41,689 bases of DNA, taken from NCBI GenBank assembly GCA_035288785.1, contig DATDZF010000027.1:1-41689 (forward strand), written 5' to 3'. Positions within the stretch are counted from its first letter, which is position 1. Every line of letters begins with the position of its first letter. The notes beneath the pieces were generated by a model. It had not been told where the DNA came from. It saw only the letters and a list, made by a program, of their open reading frames with translations, and ran no database searches. Shown here one piece after another: positions 1 through 8,523 of the stretch. The DNA comes from Candidatus Norongarragalinales archaeon. GTDB lineage: Archaea > Micrarchaeota > Micrarchaeia > Norongarragalinales > SBBD01. Position numbers and translations under genes: made by a program.

Positions 1-701
1 CAACGCAAAAGCAAAAGGCCCTGGAAAAGTTCTTCAAAATTGATTCGCAGGGGAAAAGACTTCTGGAGATTGCAAGGACATTTAGCTGGCAAAAGGAGAT
101 TAGGAAGCAGATTTGCTACAGGTCGTTCCACGCGTTGATGCCACTGCGCAGGGAAATAGCGAAAAGGGCCGGGGTCAGCATCAAGCAGCTGGGCTATTTG
201 CGGCATACTGAATTGCCTCTGCTGCTCGCGGGAAAATTTGACGCGGAAATATTGAATGAGAGGATGAAATTGCTCGTGTATTTCCCATATTCCGGCCTTA
301 AGATGCTCACCGGAAAGGCAGCGGAAAAATTCATGAAGCAAAACGTGGGGGAAGCCGCCGTTGATTTGGAGCAAAGGGAATTGAAGGGGCAGCCGGCATT
401 TTCGGGGGGATTGGTCAAGGGAACTGTCAAAATTATACTCAATGCACACGATATGAAGAAATTGAAGGAGGGGGATATCCTGGTCTCCCAAGCAACAAGC
501 CCCGTGATGGTTCCTGCCATGAAAAAGGCAGGGGCAATTGTAACGGACCAAGGAGGGCTTACATGCCATGCCGCAATTGTGAGCAGGGAACTTCGGAAGG
601 CGTGCGTCATCGGGACCAAATTTGCAACAAAAGTGCTCAAGGATGGGGATTTTGTGGAGGTGGATTCGATCAGCGGGGTTGTCAGGAAATTAACGCGGTA
701 A
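1..701 (+). CDS. PEP-utilising-enzyme mobile (swivelling phosphohistidine) domain protein, paralog 1; 5' end cut by window edge
   Basis: Frame 3 has no stop from nt 3 up to the TTG/ATG at 135/138. The extra residues (..GKRLLEIARTFSWQKEIRKQICYRSFHAL..) align with internal segments of the two downstream paralogs. The C-terminus carries the PF00391-type motif KKAGAIVTDQGGLTCHAAIVSRELRKACVIG with the phospho-accepting His. Confidence 0.8.
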   Translation, partial: TQKQKALEKFFKIDSQGKRLLEIARTFSWQKEIRKQICYRSFHALMPLRREIAKRAGVSIKQLGYLRHTELPLLLAGKFDAEILNERMKLLVYFPYSGLKMLTGKAAEKFMKQNVGEAAVDLEQRELKGQPAFSGGLVKGTVKIILNAHDMKKLKEGDILVSQATSPVMVPAMKKAGAIVTDQGGLTCHAAIVSRELRKACVIGTKFATKVLKDGDFVEVDSISGVVRKLTR

Positions 702-736
702 TTTATACCCTAGTCAACTAATTATTTTGATAAAAT

Positions 737-1408
737 ATGTGGGTCGCGAAAATCAAGTTCTGGCATGCGAACTCATACGTGACGGAGAAAACCCGGAACC
801 TGGATGCGGTATTCACATCATATTACCTCAACACCTACCAGGAGGGTGAAACAACCGTCATCACAAGGGTGGGGCTGGTATTCGGGAAGGATGCAGAGAA
901 ATTGATGAAAACCGTAATCTCGGATCCGCGCATCCAGATCCTCAAGGCGCAGGGAAGGCAGGTGATTTTCAAGATGCCTGCAAACCGAGCTTATCACACG
1001 ATCCTGCTGGACGGGAGCGTATTCCAGCTAAGGCCGCCGATTGCCAAGGGCGGCTTTGAGTATTGGGAAATTGCGGCAATGGACAAGAAGCACATTAAAA
1101 GGCTCATGGAGCGCATGAACAAGAGCAGGAAGGAGGCGTGGGCGGAAATGCTCTCGCTTCGGGAGGAGGATTTGAACCTGTTCATGCCAAGCGCATTCTC
1201 CAAGTTGACTGAAAAGCAACGCTGGGCATACGAGATGGCATGCAAGTACGGCTATTATTCATACCCGCGGGAATTTGATTTGGAGACGATCGCAAAAAAA
1301 CTGAAAATGCCTGAGAGCACATTCCGGGAGCACCTGAGAATAGCGGAAAGCAAGCTCTTCCCGGCAATTTGGAAGTTCCTCACGCCGGATATTGATGAGA
1401 TGAAGTAG
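737..1408 (+). CDS. HTH_10 (bacterio-opsin-activator type) DNA-binding regulator
   Basis: C-terminal LTEKQRWAYEMACKYGYYSYPREFDLETIAKKLKMPESTFREHLRIAESKLFP matches the archaeal HTH_10 pattern (LT.kQ...l..A...GYy..PR......lA..lgis.st..eHLR.aE.Kl). About 220 aa, typical for this family. Confidence 0.7.
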   Translation: MWVAKIKFWHANSYVTEKTRNLDAVFTSYYLNTYQEGETTVITRVGLVFGKDAEKLMKTVISDPRIQILKAQGRQVIFKMPANRAYHTILLDGSVFQLRPPIAKGGFEYWEIAAMDKKHIKRLMERMNKSRKEAWAEMLSLREEDLNLFMPSAFSKLTEKQRWAYEMACKYGYYSYPREFDLETIAKKLKMPESTFREHLRIAESKLFPAIWKFLTPDIDEMK

Positions 1409-1431
1409 GCGGAAGATTGACTCCCGACATA

Positions 1432-2229
1432 CTACTTTTTCTTTTCCTTGAGCCAACCAGAGGCGACATGCTTCCTTTTTAGGGCATCAAACATCCTCTT
1501 GCTCATCCTGTTTAGGCCCGATCCCTCTAAAGTCGTCAAGGCGACATCGGTCCAACCTCCGGGTGTCCTGGCTTTCGCAATTACCTTAGTTGGATCGGAA
1601 GATCGCAACATCGCGGATGTGCCCGGCATGGATTCGATCAGCATGGAAAGCGCATGCTCCCTGGGAATGCCGCTGTTGACCGCAAGCGAATCTATGAAAC
1701 TGGAGAACAAGGCAGGAGCCATAGAAACCAGAGTATATTTCGGCATCTCATTCTGGTGGACAACCTGTACTTTTCCAAAGCCACTCAACACCCTCCGAAT
1801 CTGGAACTTCTTCGTAGGAGCGAGATTCGATCCAAAAGCAACGGGCAGGAATATGCGGCCGTGTTCCATGACGATGCTTGGCATGAACTGGGCAACATTC
1901 CTTGCGGAGGTCATTTCCGCCAGTCTATCCGGAGAGAACCCGGTCATGCAGGAAAGCAGCGGCTTATCCCTCGAAATCGCCGACCCGTTCTGTTTCAGCC
2001 AGCCTTCGAATTGGTCGGGCTTGAGGCAAAGTATCGCAATATCAGAGGAGGAAATGGCCCTCCTGGCATCGGTAGTTATCCGAAAGCGAGAGCCTTCAAA
2101 TCTCGATATTCTGCCCCGCCCCCTCCTGACAACCGCGTTAACCTCATGGGCTTCCCCAGCCTCCCTTAAAGCTCCGCAGATCAGCGAGCCCATTTTGCCA
2201 TTCGCGCCGATTATAGCGATGGAAGCCAC
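1432..2229 (-). CDS. proC: pyrroline-5-carboxylate reductase-like NAD(P)H oxidoreductase
   Basis: N-terminal Rossmann motif IAIIGANGKMGS, mid LCLKPDQ (ProC KPq motif) and C-terminal dimerisation-domain motif TPGGWTDVALTTLE (ProC SPGGTT..gl..LE). GTG start at 2229 is preceded by AGGTGA 7 nt upstream. Confidence 0.65.
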   Translation of the reverse strand: MASIAIIGANGKMGSLICGALREAGEAHEVNAVVRRGRGRISRFEGSRFRITTDARRAISSSDIAILCLKPDQFEGWLKQNGSAISRDKPLLSCMTGFSPDRLAEMTSARNVAQFMPSIVMEHGRIFLPVAFGSNLAPTKKFQIRRVLSGFGKVQVVHQNEMPKYTLVSMAPALFSSFIDSLAVNSGIPREHALSMLIESMPGTSAMLRSSDPTKVIAKARTPGGWTDVALTTLEGSGLNRMSKRMFDALKRKHVASGWLKEKKK

Positions 2230-2528
2230 GGAATATCACCTAATCCTTATTCGGGGGTTAAACGGAATAATTGCTAATGACAGCCTAATAAATCGAAAGG
2301 AATCGGCTAAATAAGGTACTCTCAAGTCTAGACGTTTTGCTGAAACCCGCGCTATCGCGGCTAAATTCTAATTAAAAGGATCCGTTATATCACTACAAGG
2401 GACGTTCAAGGGGTGGCTGGGCATGGAAACAATATTTATTCTAGGGGTAATTGGATTCTTCTTATTCGGCGAAATCGAATCGGACCATATGCCGATGTGG
2501 CCGTAATTAAGGACGAAGAGCTTATCCG

Positions 2529-4052
2529 ATGCGAGTGATCAGAATGAACCTTATCTGGGTGTATGAGGACCACAACACCGACCTGTTCCCGTTCTATTAT
2601 TTCATCGACCACTGGGTTTACGTCCCAAAGCTTATCAAGAACAACATATCGGAAAAGTTCGTCGTATTTTCCGCTGGCACCGTCCAATACTATGTCGACA
2701 AGAAGAGCTACCCCAAGGTCGGCATGGAGGTTTTCGAGTACATATTCAACAAGGGCGGGATAAAAAAAATCGGCCGCAAGGTTGATGAAGGCTGCAGGAA
2801 AATCCTGGAAATTTCAGGAAGGCTAAAGGGCGCAAACTTCCGGCTGATGCCGGTAAGGAAGCTGATTAGCCTATATGCGGAATACGAAAAGGAAATGAAC
2901 GAGCTAAATGACTGGGGTACGCTTTATGGCGCAATGGAATTCGGGGAGGAGGTGCTTTCCACAAAGGGGCTTAAAGAGCAGCTTGCCTTCCTTGCAAAGA
3001 AACATTCCGTGAAGGAAGCGCCGGAGCATGCGATGGCGGTCTTGATGGCGCCGAGGAAGGGCGCGTTCATGAGGAAGATGAAAAGCGATGTGCTAAAACT
3101 TGGACTTAAGATATCCAAAAGGAGGCTCCCGAAACTATTTTCCGGTGATGCGTCTGCAATTGAGAAGCGGCTATTAGGTTATCCGGAAATCCTCGGGGAA
3201 GTGGAAAAGCTAAGGAAGGATTACGAATGGATCAATTACGGCTACCAGGGGCCTTTGATGGGGCTCGATTATTTCATCTCGCAGGTAAAGCAGGTGTTGC
3301 AGGGGGATGTGGAAAGGGAACTATCCCAGTTTGAAAGCGAATTCGCAAGGCTGAATGAAGCGCAAATGCGGCTTGAAAGGCGGTTCCATATTGGCGGGGC
3401 GCTTAGGCGCAGGTTCGAGGTGCTCCGGGAGCTCTCATACCAGAAATTCTACCGGAAAGAGGCGCAGTTCCTTGCATTCCATGCAGTTGAAGGGCTGCAG
3501 ATGGAAATTGCAAGGAGATTGGGCCTAAGTCTTCAGCAACTTAGGTATTTTGCATTCGACGAGGTAATGGCAGCGCTTAGGGGAAGCACCGGCCTTAATG
3601 CAAACCTTGCAAATGAGCGCATGAAGCTTTGCATTTATTATTTCAAGGATGGAAAGCACCGCGTCATTTCCGGGCGGGAAGCGCTCCGCTGGATGCGCTA
3701 CCTTCCAAAACGCAAGGAAATCGCGAAAACCGACGAGCTGAGGGGCGATTGCGCCTCTCCCGGAAAGGTGCAGGGAAGAGTCAGGATTGTGATGAATGCA
3801 AAGGACATTGTAAAGGTGCAAAGGGGAGATGTGCTGGTATCGTTTTCTACGAACCCCCAGATGGTGCCAGGGATGAGGAAGGCGGGCGCAATTGTGACTG
3901 ATCAGGGAGGCGTAACCTGCCATGCGGCAATTGTATCACGGGAGCTGAAAATTCCGTGCGTAATTGGCACCAAAGTGGCCTCAAGAGTGCTTAGGGATGG
4001 CGACAGGGTAGTGGTGGACGCAACTAATGGAATCGTGAAAAAAATTAAATAA
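2529..4052 (+). CDS. PEP-utilising-enzyme mobile domain protein, paralog 2 (helical N-terminal region plus swivel-His domain)
   Basis: C-terminal RKAGAIVTDQGGVTCHAAIVSRELKIPCVIGTK. The roughly 400-aa N-terminal region is homologous to paralogs 1 and 3. No GGKxxN ATP-grasp or TIM-barrel PEP-binding motifs seen. Confidence 0.8.
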   Translation: MRVIRMNLIWVYEDHNTDLFPFYYFIDHWVYVPKLIKNNISEKFVVFSAGTVQYYVDKKSYPKVGMEVFEYIFNKGGIKKIGRKVDEGCRKILEISGRLKGANFRLMPVRKLISLYAEYEKEMNELNDWGTLYGAMEFGEEVLSTKGLKEQLAFLAKKHSVKEAPEHAMAVLMAPRKGAFMRKMKSDVLKLGLKISKRRLPKLFSGDASAIEKRLLGYPEILGEVEKLRKDYEWINYGYQGPLMGLDYFISQVKQVLQGDVERELSQFESEFARLNEAQMRLERRFHIGGALRRRFEVLRELSYQKFYRKEAQFLAFHAVEGLQMEIARRLGLSLQQLRYFAFDEVMAALRGSTGLNANLANERMKLCIYYFKDGKHRVISGREALRWMRYLPKRKEIAKTDELRGDCASPGKVQGRVRIVMNAKDIVKVQRGDVLVSFSTNPQMVPGMRKAGAIVTDQGGVTCHAAIVSRELKIPCVIGTKVASRVLRDGDRVVVDATNGIVKKIK

Positions 4053-4114
4053 TTGAAAGGGCTTGCGAGCAAAGAAAAAATAACGTTCATAACATCAAAC
4101 AGAAGGTAAAAAAT

Positions 4115-5596
4115 ATGCTCTGGACCAAAATCTGGACGCACCGGCCCTACTCCCCGGCGGTAATGAGCACTGTTGTAGCCGCAACCGTGCGGGGCTTTTC
4201 TGAAATAGTTCCGGAGAGCAAAATCAGGATGGGCGCAACCTATTGGGACGGGGGAATGGAGGATTATTTTTACCCAACAGAGGGGCTTGAACAAACAGTA
4301 AGATCGCTGAACGAGGAGATGATAAAAAATCCGGAGCGCATTTTCTCATTCTTCGAGGCGGCGCTTGAGAAGGCCAAAAAGCTAAACGAATTCAGCATGA
4401 AATATAAGGGAAAAGGCCTTTCCACATTTTCAGATGAAGAGCTTCTTTCCCACCTCAAGGAGTTTTCCAAGAGGTTTTATGATACCTACCAGAATGCCAC
4501 TTTAATGATAATGCTGGGCTACCAGCCGGAAACGCCGCTTTACTTCCAAATGATGGAAATCCTTCGGAAGAGGGCCGAATCCGAGCCGGAAAAGTTCGCG
4601 GAATACCTGCTGATCCTTACACGCCCCCCCAAGAGGCTAAAGACGCAGGCACAGGAAAGGAGGGCATTGGAAATTGCGCGGGAAGCCAAAAAGAAGGGGC
4701 TCTTGGAGGGGGAAAAAATCGCTTTTGTCTTTGCTGGCGAGCTCAAATCAATTGCAGAGGAATTCAAATGGCTCTCATACGATTTTTGCATATCAGCCGG
4801 ATGGGATGAGGGCCATTATGTGGGGCTTGTAATGGAAAAGCTTGGCGCCAAATTTGAGGACGAGATTTCGCTCATTGACAATTATGAGGAAAGGGTTAGG
4901 GAGGATTTTGATGCGATTTCGAAAAAGCTTGGCCTGAACAAGGCGGAAATTTCCATTTTCGATCACGTTGGCCAGATGGGGTATTACAAATGGGCGCGGG
5001 AGCATGAGTTCCAGCAGGCGATTTTCAATAACTTGCCAATCCAGGTGGAATTGGGGAAGCGTGCAGGGCTTGCCCCAAAAGAAGCCATGTTTTTGCTGCC
5101 TGAAGAAATCGAATTGGCGCTATCCGAACCACAAAAATTCAAGGAAAAGGCACTATTGCGCCTAAAGAACATGCTCTACATTGCGGATGGGCAAAAGACC
5201 ATTATCCTGGAGGGAGAGGAGGCAAAAAGGGAATATTCAAAATATATATTTTCCAGGGAAAAGATAGACATTTCACAAACGGAACTTAAGGGAATGCCTG
5301 CGTGCGCGGGGTTTGCAAGGGGAAAAGTCAGGATAATCAATACCTCGGCGGAGATGCACAAGATGCAAAAGGGGGACATCCTGGTTTCCGCGGCTACAAT
5401 GCCGGATCTGGTGCCGGCAATGAAGAAGGCAGCCGCGATCATAACCAACGAGGGGGGGATCATGTGCCATGCGGCAATAGTGAGCCGGGAACTCGGGATC
5501 CCCTGCATCGTGGGGGTCCGGAATGCGAATAAGATTTTGAAGGATGGGGATGAAGTGGAAGTGGATGCGGCGAAAGGGACAATAAAGAAGAAGTAG
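4115..5596 (+). CDS. PEP-utilising-enzyme mobile domain protein, paralog 3
   Basis: C-terminal KKAAAIITNEGGIMCHAAIVSRELGIPCIVGVR. Architecture is collinear with paralog 2. SD-like GAAGGT lies upstream of the ATG. Confidence 0.8.
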   Translation: MLWTKIWTHRPYSPAVMSTVVAATVRGFSEIVPESKIRMGATYWDGGMEDYFYPTEGLEQTVRSLNEEMIKNPERIFSFFEAALEKAKKLNEFSMKYKGKGLSTFSDEELLSHLKEFSKRFYDTYQNATLMIMLGYQPETPLYFQMMEILRKRAESEPEKFAEYLLILTRPPKRLKTQAQERRALEIAREAKKKGLLEGEKIAFVFAGELKSIAEEFKWLSYDFCISAGWDEGHYVGLVMEKLGAKFEDEISLIDNYEERVREDFDAISKKLGLNKAEISIFDHVGQMGYYKWAREHEFQQAIFNNLPIQVELGKRAGLAPKEAMFLLPEEIELALSEPQKFKEKALLRLKNMLYIADGQKTIILEGEEAKREYSKYIFSREKIDISQTELKGMPACAGFARGKVRIINTSAEMHKMQKGDILVSAATMPDLVPAMKKAAAIITNEGGIMCHAAIVSRELGIPCIVGVRNANKILKDGDEVEVDAAKGTIKKK

Positions 5597-5622
5597 TCAG
5601 AGCGAATTATCCCTAATAATAC

Positions 5623-6522
5623 TTAGAATCTCGTGAGTTTTCTATATTCCTTCATCCGGTTTTCGATTTCTTCTTGTTTGAGGGAAAGGAGCTTGTTCAC
5701 GGAAAAGTCCTCAATTGCAAATGAGCCCATCAGGTTGCCGTACGCGACCGCTTCTTTTAGCGTTTTCAGCGAGAGCTTGCCCTTCCTTGCAAGATGGCCC
5801 ATGAAGCCCCCTGAAAACGAATCGCCGGCGCCGGTGGGGTCGATGGAGGATTCGAGGGGGAATGCGGCAAGCGGGAAAATCACGTCCTTGTAGAAGAGGA
5901 TGGAGCCGTGCTCCCCCTTCTTGATTATCACGACTTTTGGGCCCAGATTGGAAAGGTGCCTTGCGGCCTTGATGATGTTGGGGGTGTTGCAGAGCATGCG
6001 CGCCTCGATGTCATTCAAAACGATGCAGTCAACATGCGAGATGGTTTTTTCCAGTGCCGCCTTGTCATGCTGGATATAGAATTCTATCGTGTCCAGCATG
6101 GAGAATTTGGGGCTTGAGAATTCCCTTAGCACTTTCAGCTGCTTCTCCGGCGGGGAAGTTCCCAAATAAACGTATTCGGAGGATTTGAGACCATCGGGTA
6201 TCCTTGGCTCGAAATTCTCGTACACGTTCAATTCTGTTGCGTTTGCCGTCCGAGTATACATATCATAGGAGAAAGTTGAATCGAAGAAGAAGGTCTTTTG
6301 CTCAGGGTGCTTCTGGACACCCAGCATGTTTACGCCCGCCTTCTCAAGTAGGTCCCAATAATTTTGGGGGAAATCATGCCCAACAGCCCCAACAATGGAA
6401 ACCGGCGAGAAGAACCTTGCGGCAAGTGAAAAATAGCTCGCGCTCCCGCCAAGCACCCGCTCAACGGTCTTGAAGGGCGTGCGCGTGGTGTCAAGGGCAA
6501 TTGTGCCGGTTGCTAGGATCAT
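5623..6522 (-). CDS. PfkB-family (ribokinase-like) carbohydrate/nucleoside kinase
   Basis: PfkB signature 2 DPTGAGDSFSGGFMGHLA near the C-terminus, N-terminal GGSASYFSLAA, about 300 aa. Confidence 0.85.
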   Translation of the reverse strand: MILATGTIALDTTRTPFKTVERVLGGSASYFSLAARFFSPVSIVGAVGHDFPQNYWDLLEKAGVNMLGVQKHPEQKTFFFDSTFSYDMYTRTANATELNVYENFEPRIPDGLKSSEYVYLGTSPPEKQLKVLREFSSPKFSMLDTIEFYIQHDKAALEKTISHVDCIVLNDIEARMLCNTPNIIKAARHLSNLGPKVVIIKKGEHGSILFYKDVIFPLAAFPLESSIDPTGAGDSFSGGFMGHLARKGKLSLKTLKEAVAYGNLMGSFAIEDFSVNKLLSLKQEEIENRMKEYRKLTRF

Positions 6523-6589
6523 TTCATCTATACAACCTTACTGCAAACGATTTTAAAAGATGTTAAGGAAATGTTGTGGGGAGTGGAGC

Positions 6590-7978
6590 ATGAATATCGA
6601 CGAATCGGCTTATTTGGCAGAACCCTTCCGCATCAAGGTGGTAGAGCACCTTAAGGTTACGGATAGGGCTTACCGGGAAAAGGCGATTAGGGCATCTGGC
6701 TTCAATTTGTTCAACCTCCAGGCAGAGGATGTTTACATCGACCTCCTCACCGATTCGGGCACCTCCGCAATGAGCGATGTGCAGCTTGCAGGGCTCATGA
6801 TGGGCCACCAGGCATATGCGGGAAGCAGGAATTTCTTCAAGTTCGAAAAAACAATCAAGGAGATTTTCGGGTTCAAGAATGTGCTGCCGGTGCACCAGGG
6901 AAGGGCGGCGGAGAACATTCTTTTCACATGCATGGTGAATAAGGGGGATGTGGTTCCGGCCAATTCCCATTTCGACACCACAAGAGCCAATGTGGAGCAT
7001 AATGGGGGAAGGGCGGAGAACTTGGTGATCAAGGAAGCGTATGATACTGAAAAAATTCTGCCATTCAAGGGAAATATGGACGTGGCGAGGTTGATTGGGC
7101 TGATCAAAAAGGTGGGGAAAGCAAAAATCCCATTAATTCTCCTCACTATCACCAATAATGCTGGAGGAGGACAGCCGGTTTCCATGGAGAACGTCAGGGA
7201 AGTAAGCAAAATCGCACGGGAAAACGGAATCCCGCTGTTCATTGATGCATGCAGGTATGCCGAGAACTGCTATTTTATCAAAACAAGGGAGAAGGGCTAC
7301 GAAAGCAAGAGCGTAAAGGAGATTGCAAAAGAATTATTCTCGTATGCGGATGGATGCACGTTTTCAGCAAAGAAGGATGCACTTGTCAACATCGGAGGAT
7401 GCCTTTCGATGAATGATGATGCGCTCTTTGAGAAAGCAAGGGAAATGCTCATCTTGATCGAGGGCTTCCCTTCGTATGGCGGAATGGCGTGCAGGGATCT
7501 GGAAGCTGTTGCAATAGGCATGAGGGAAGCACTGGACGAGGCATATTTGAAAAACCGCATCAGGCAGGTGCATTATTTGGGAGCGAAGTTGGAGAAAGCG
7601 GGAATACCGGTCCTTTTGCCTTTCGGGGGGCATGCGATATATGTGGATGTGAAAAAATTCTTCCCGGGCATCCAGCAAAGGGAATTTCCGGCACAGACTT
7701 TGGGGGTGGAGCTGTATATTGAGGCAGGGGTCCGGGGAGTTGAACTTGGGACATGCGCATTTGGGAAATTTGGGGAGAATGGGGAATTGGTCCCTCCGGA
7801 ATTGGAATTATTGAGGCTTGCTATTCCGCGTAGAGTGTATACGGACAGGCATATGGACGTGGTAGCGGACGCCCTGATCAACATATTCAAAAGGAGGGAC
7901 AAAATCAGGGGGCTTAGGATGACATACGGTGCGAAAAACTCCCTTAGGCATTTCACGGCAAGGTTTGAACCGATTTAA
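6590..7978 (+). CDS. tnaA: tryptophanase (tryptophan indole-lyase), PLP-dependent beta-eliminating lyase
   Basis: Collinear with TnaA/TPL throughout: EPFRIKVVE, YIDLLTDSGTSAMS, HQGRAAENILF, NNAGGGQPVS, PLP-lysine motif SAKKDALVNIGG, RLAIPRRVYTDRHMDVVAD, LRHFTARF. The ATG at 6590 is preferred over 6560 because N-terminal length then matches TnaA. Start is uncertain by 30 nt. Confidence 0.9.
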   Translation: MNIDESAYLAEPFRIKVVEHLKVTDRAYREKAIRASGFNLFNLQAEDVYIDLLTDSGTSAMSDVQLAGLMMGHQAYAGSRNFFKFEKTIKEIFGFKNVLPVHQGRAAENILFTCMVNKGDVVPANSHFDTTRANVEHNGGRAENLVIKEAYDTEKILPFKGNMDVARLIGLIKKVGKAKIPLILLTITNNAGGGQPVSMENVREVSKIARENGIPLFIDACRYAENCYFIKTREKGYESKSVKEIAKELFSYADGCTFSAKKDALVNIGGCLSMNDDALFEKAREMLILIEGFPSYGGMACRDLEAVAIGMREALDEAYLKNRIRQVHYLGAKLEKAGIPVLLPFGGHAIYVDVKKFFPGIQQREFPAQTLGVELYIEAGVRGVELGTCAFGKFGENGELVPPELELLRLAIPRRVYTDRHMDVVADALINIFKRRDKIRGLRMTYGAKNSLRHFTARFEPI

Positions 7979-7980
7979 CC

Positions 7981-8496
7981 TTATTTTTCGCCATGAAGGA
8001 GTTTTCGGAATTCTCTATCTTCAGCCTCCGGATCCCTCTTTGGAAGTTTTCCCAATTTAAGGCGGGGAATGAACATGAAACCATGCTGGAGGCAATTTAA
8101 CGCAAGGAAAATATAGAGCCATATGAAGAACGGTTTTTGGGTCATGCTTTCATTCAAAGAATAAGCAATTAGAGTGTAGGGCACAAAAAGCAGGAGCGAG
8201 ATCCCCAATAAAATAAAAAAAACGTAGGTTGAATGCCACCTTTCGGAAAGTTGTTTTGGGGTGGACTTTTTCCCTTGGCTAGATTCCATAAGGGAGTCCT
8301 TGAATACGAAAAGGATCAAGACCAGGAGCGCCCCGCCCACGAAAGTAAGTCCCTGGCCGAAATTGTTGGGGTCACCAAGGCCAAATATGAATGCCAATAG
8401 CTGCTCAATTTGCTTTGGGAGGGAAATCAGTCCTGTTGCAAGGAACGAAAATACAAGCCATCCAAAAAGCGAAACCGCTTTTTTTATATGATCCAA
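7981..8496 (-). CDS. hypothetical polytopic membrane protein (about 4 TM helices)
   Basis: Hydrophobic segments LFGWLVFSFLATGLISL, LTFVGGALLVLILFVF, VFFILLGISLLLFVPYTLIAY and FFIWLYIFLALNCL. Lies 27 nt downstream of the beta-CASP gene on the same strand. Confidence 0.5.
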   Translation of the reverse strand: MDHIKKAVSLFGWLVFSFLATGLISLPKQIEQLLAFIFGLGDPNNFGQGLTFVGGALLVLILFVFKDSLMESSQGKKSTPKQLSERWHSTYVFFILLGISLLLFVPYTLIAYSLNESMTQKPFFIWLYIFLALNCLQHGFMFIPRLKLGKLPKRDPEAEDREFRKLLHGEK

Positions 8497-8523
8497 GGTT
8501 ATGCACCCGTTAGAGAAATAAGC

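Noticed and set aside
1448-2314. 288-aa plus-strand ORF fully antisense to the proC-like gene
   Set aside because: It is a shadow ORF. Its product is low-complexity with no motifs, while the opposite strand has clear Rossmann and ProC motifs and an SD-preceded start.
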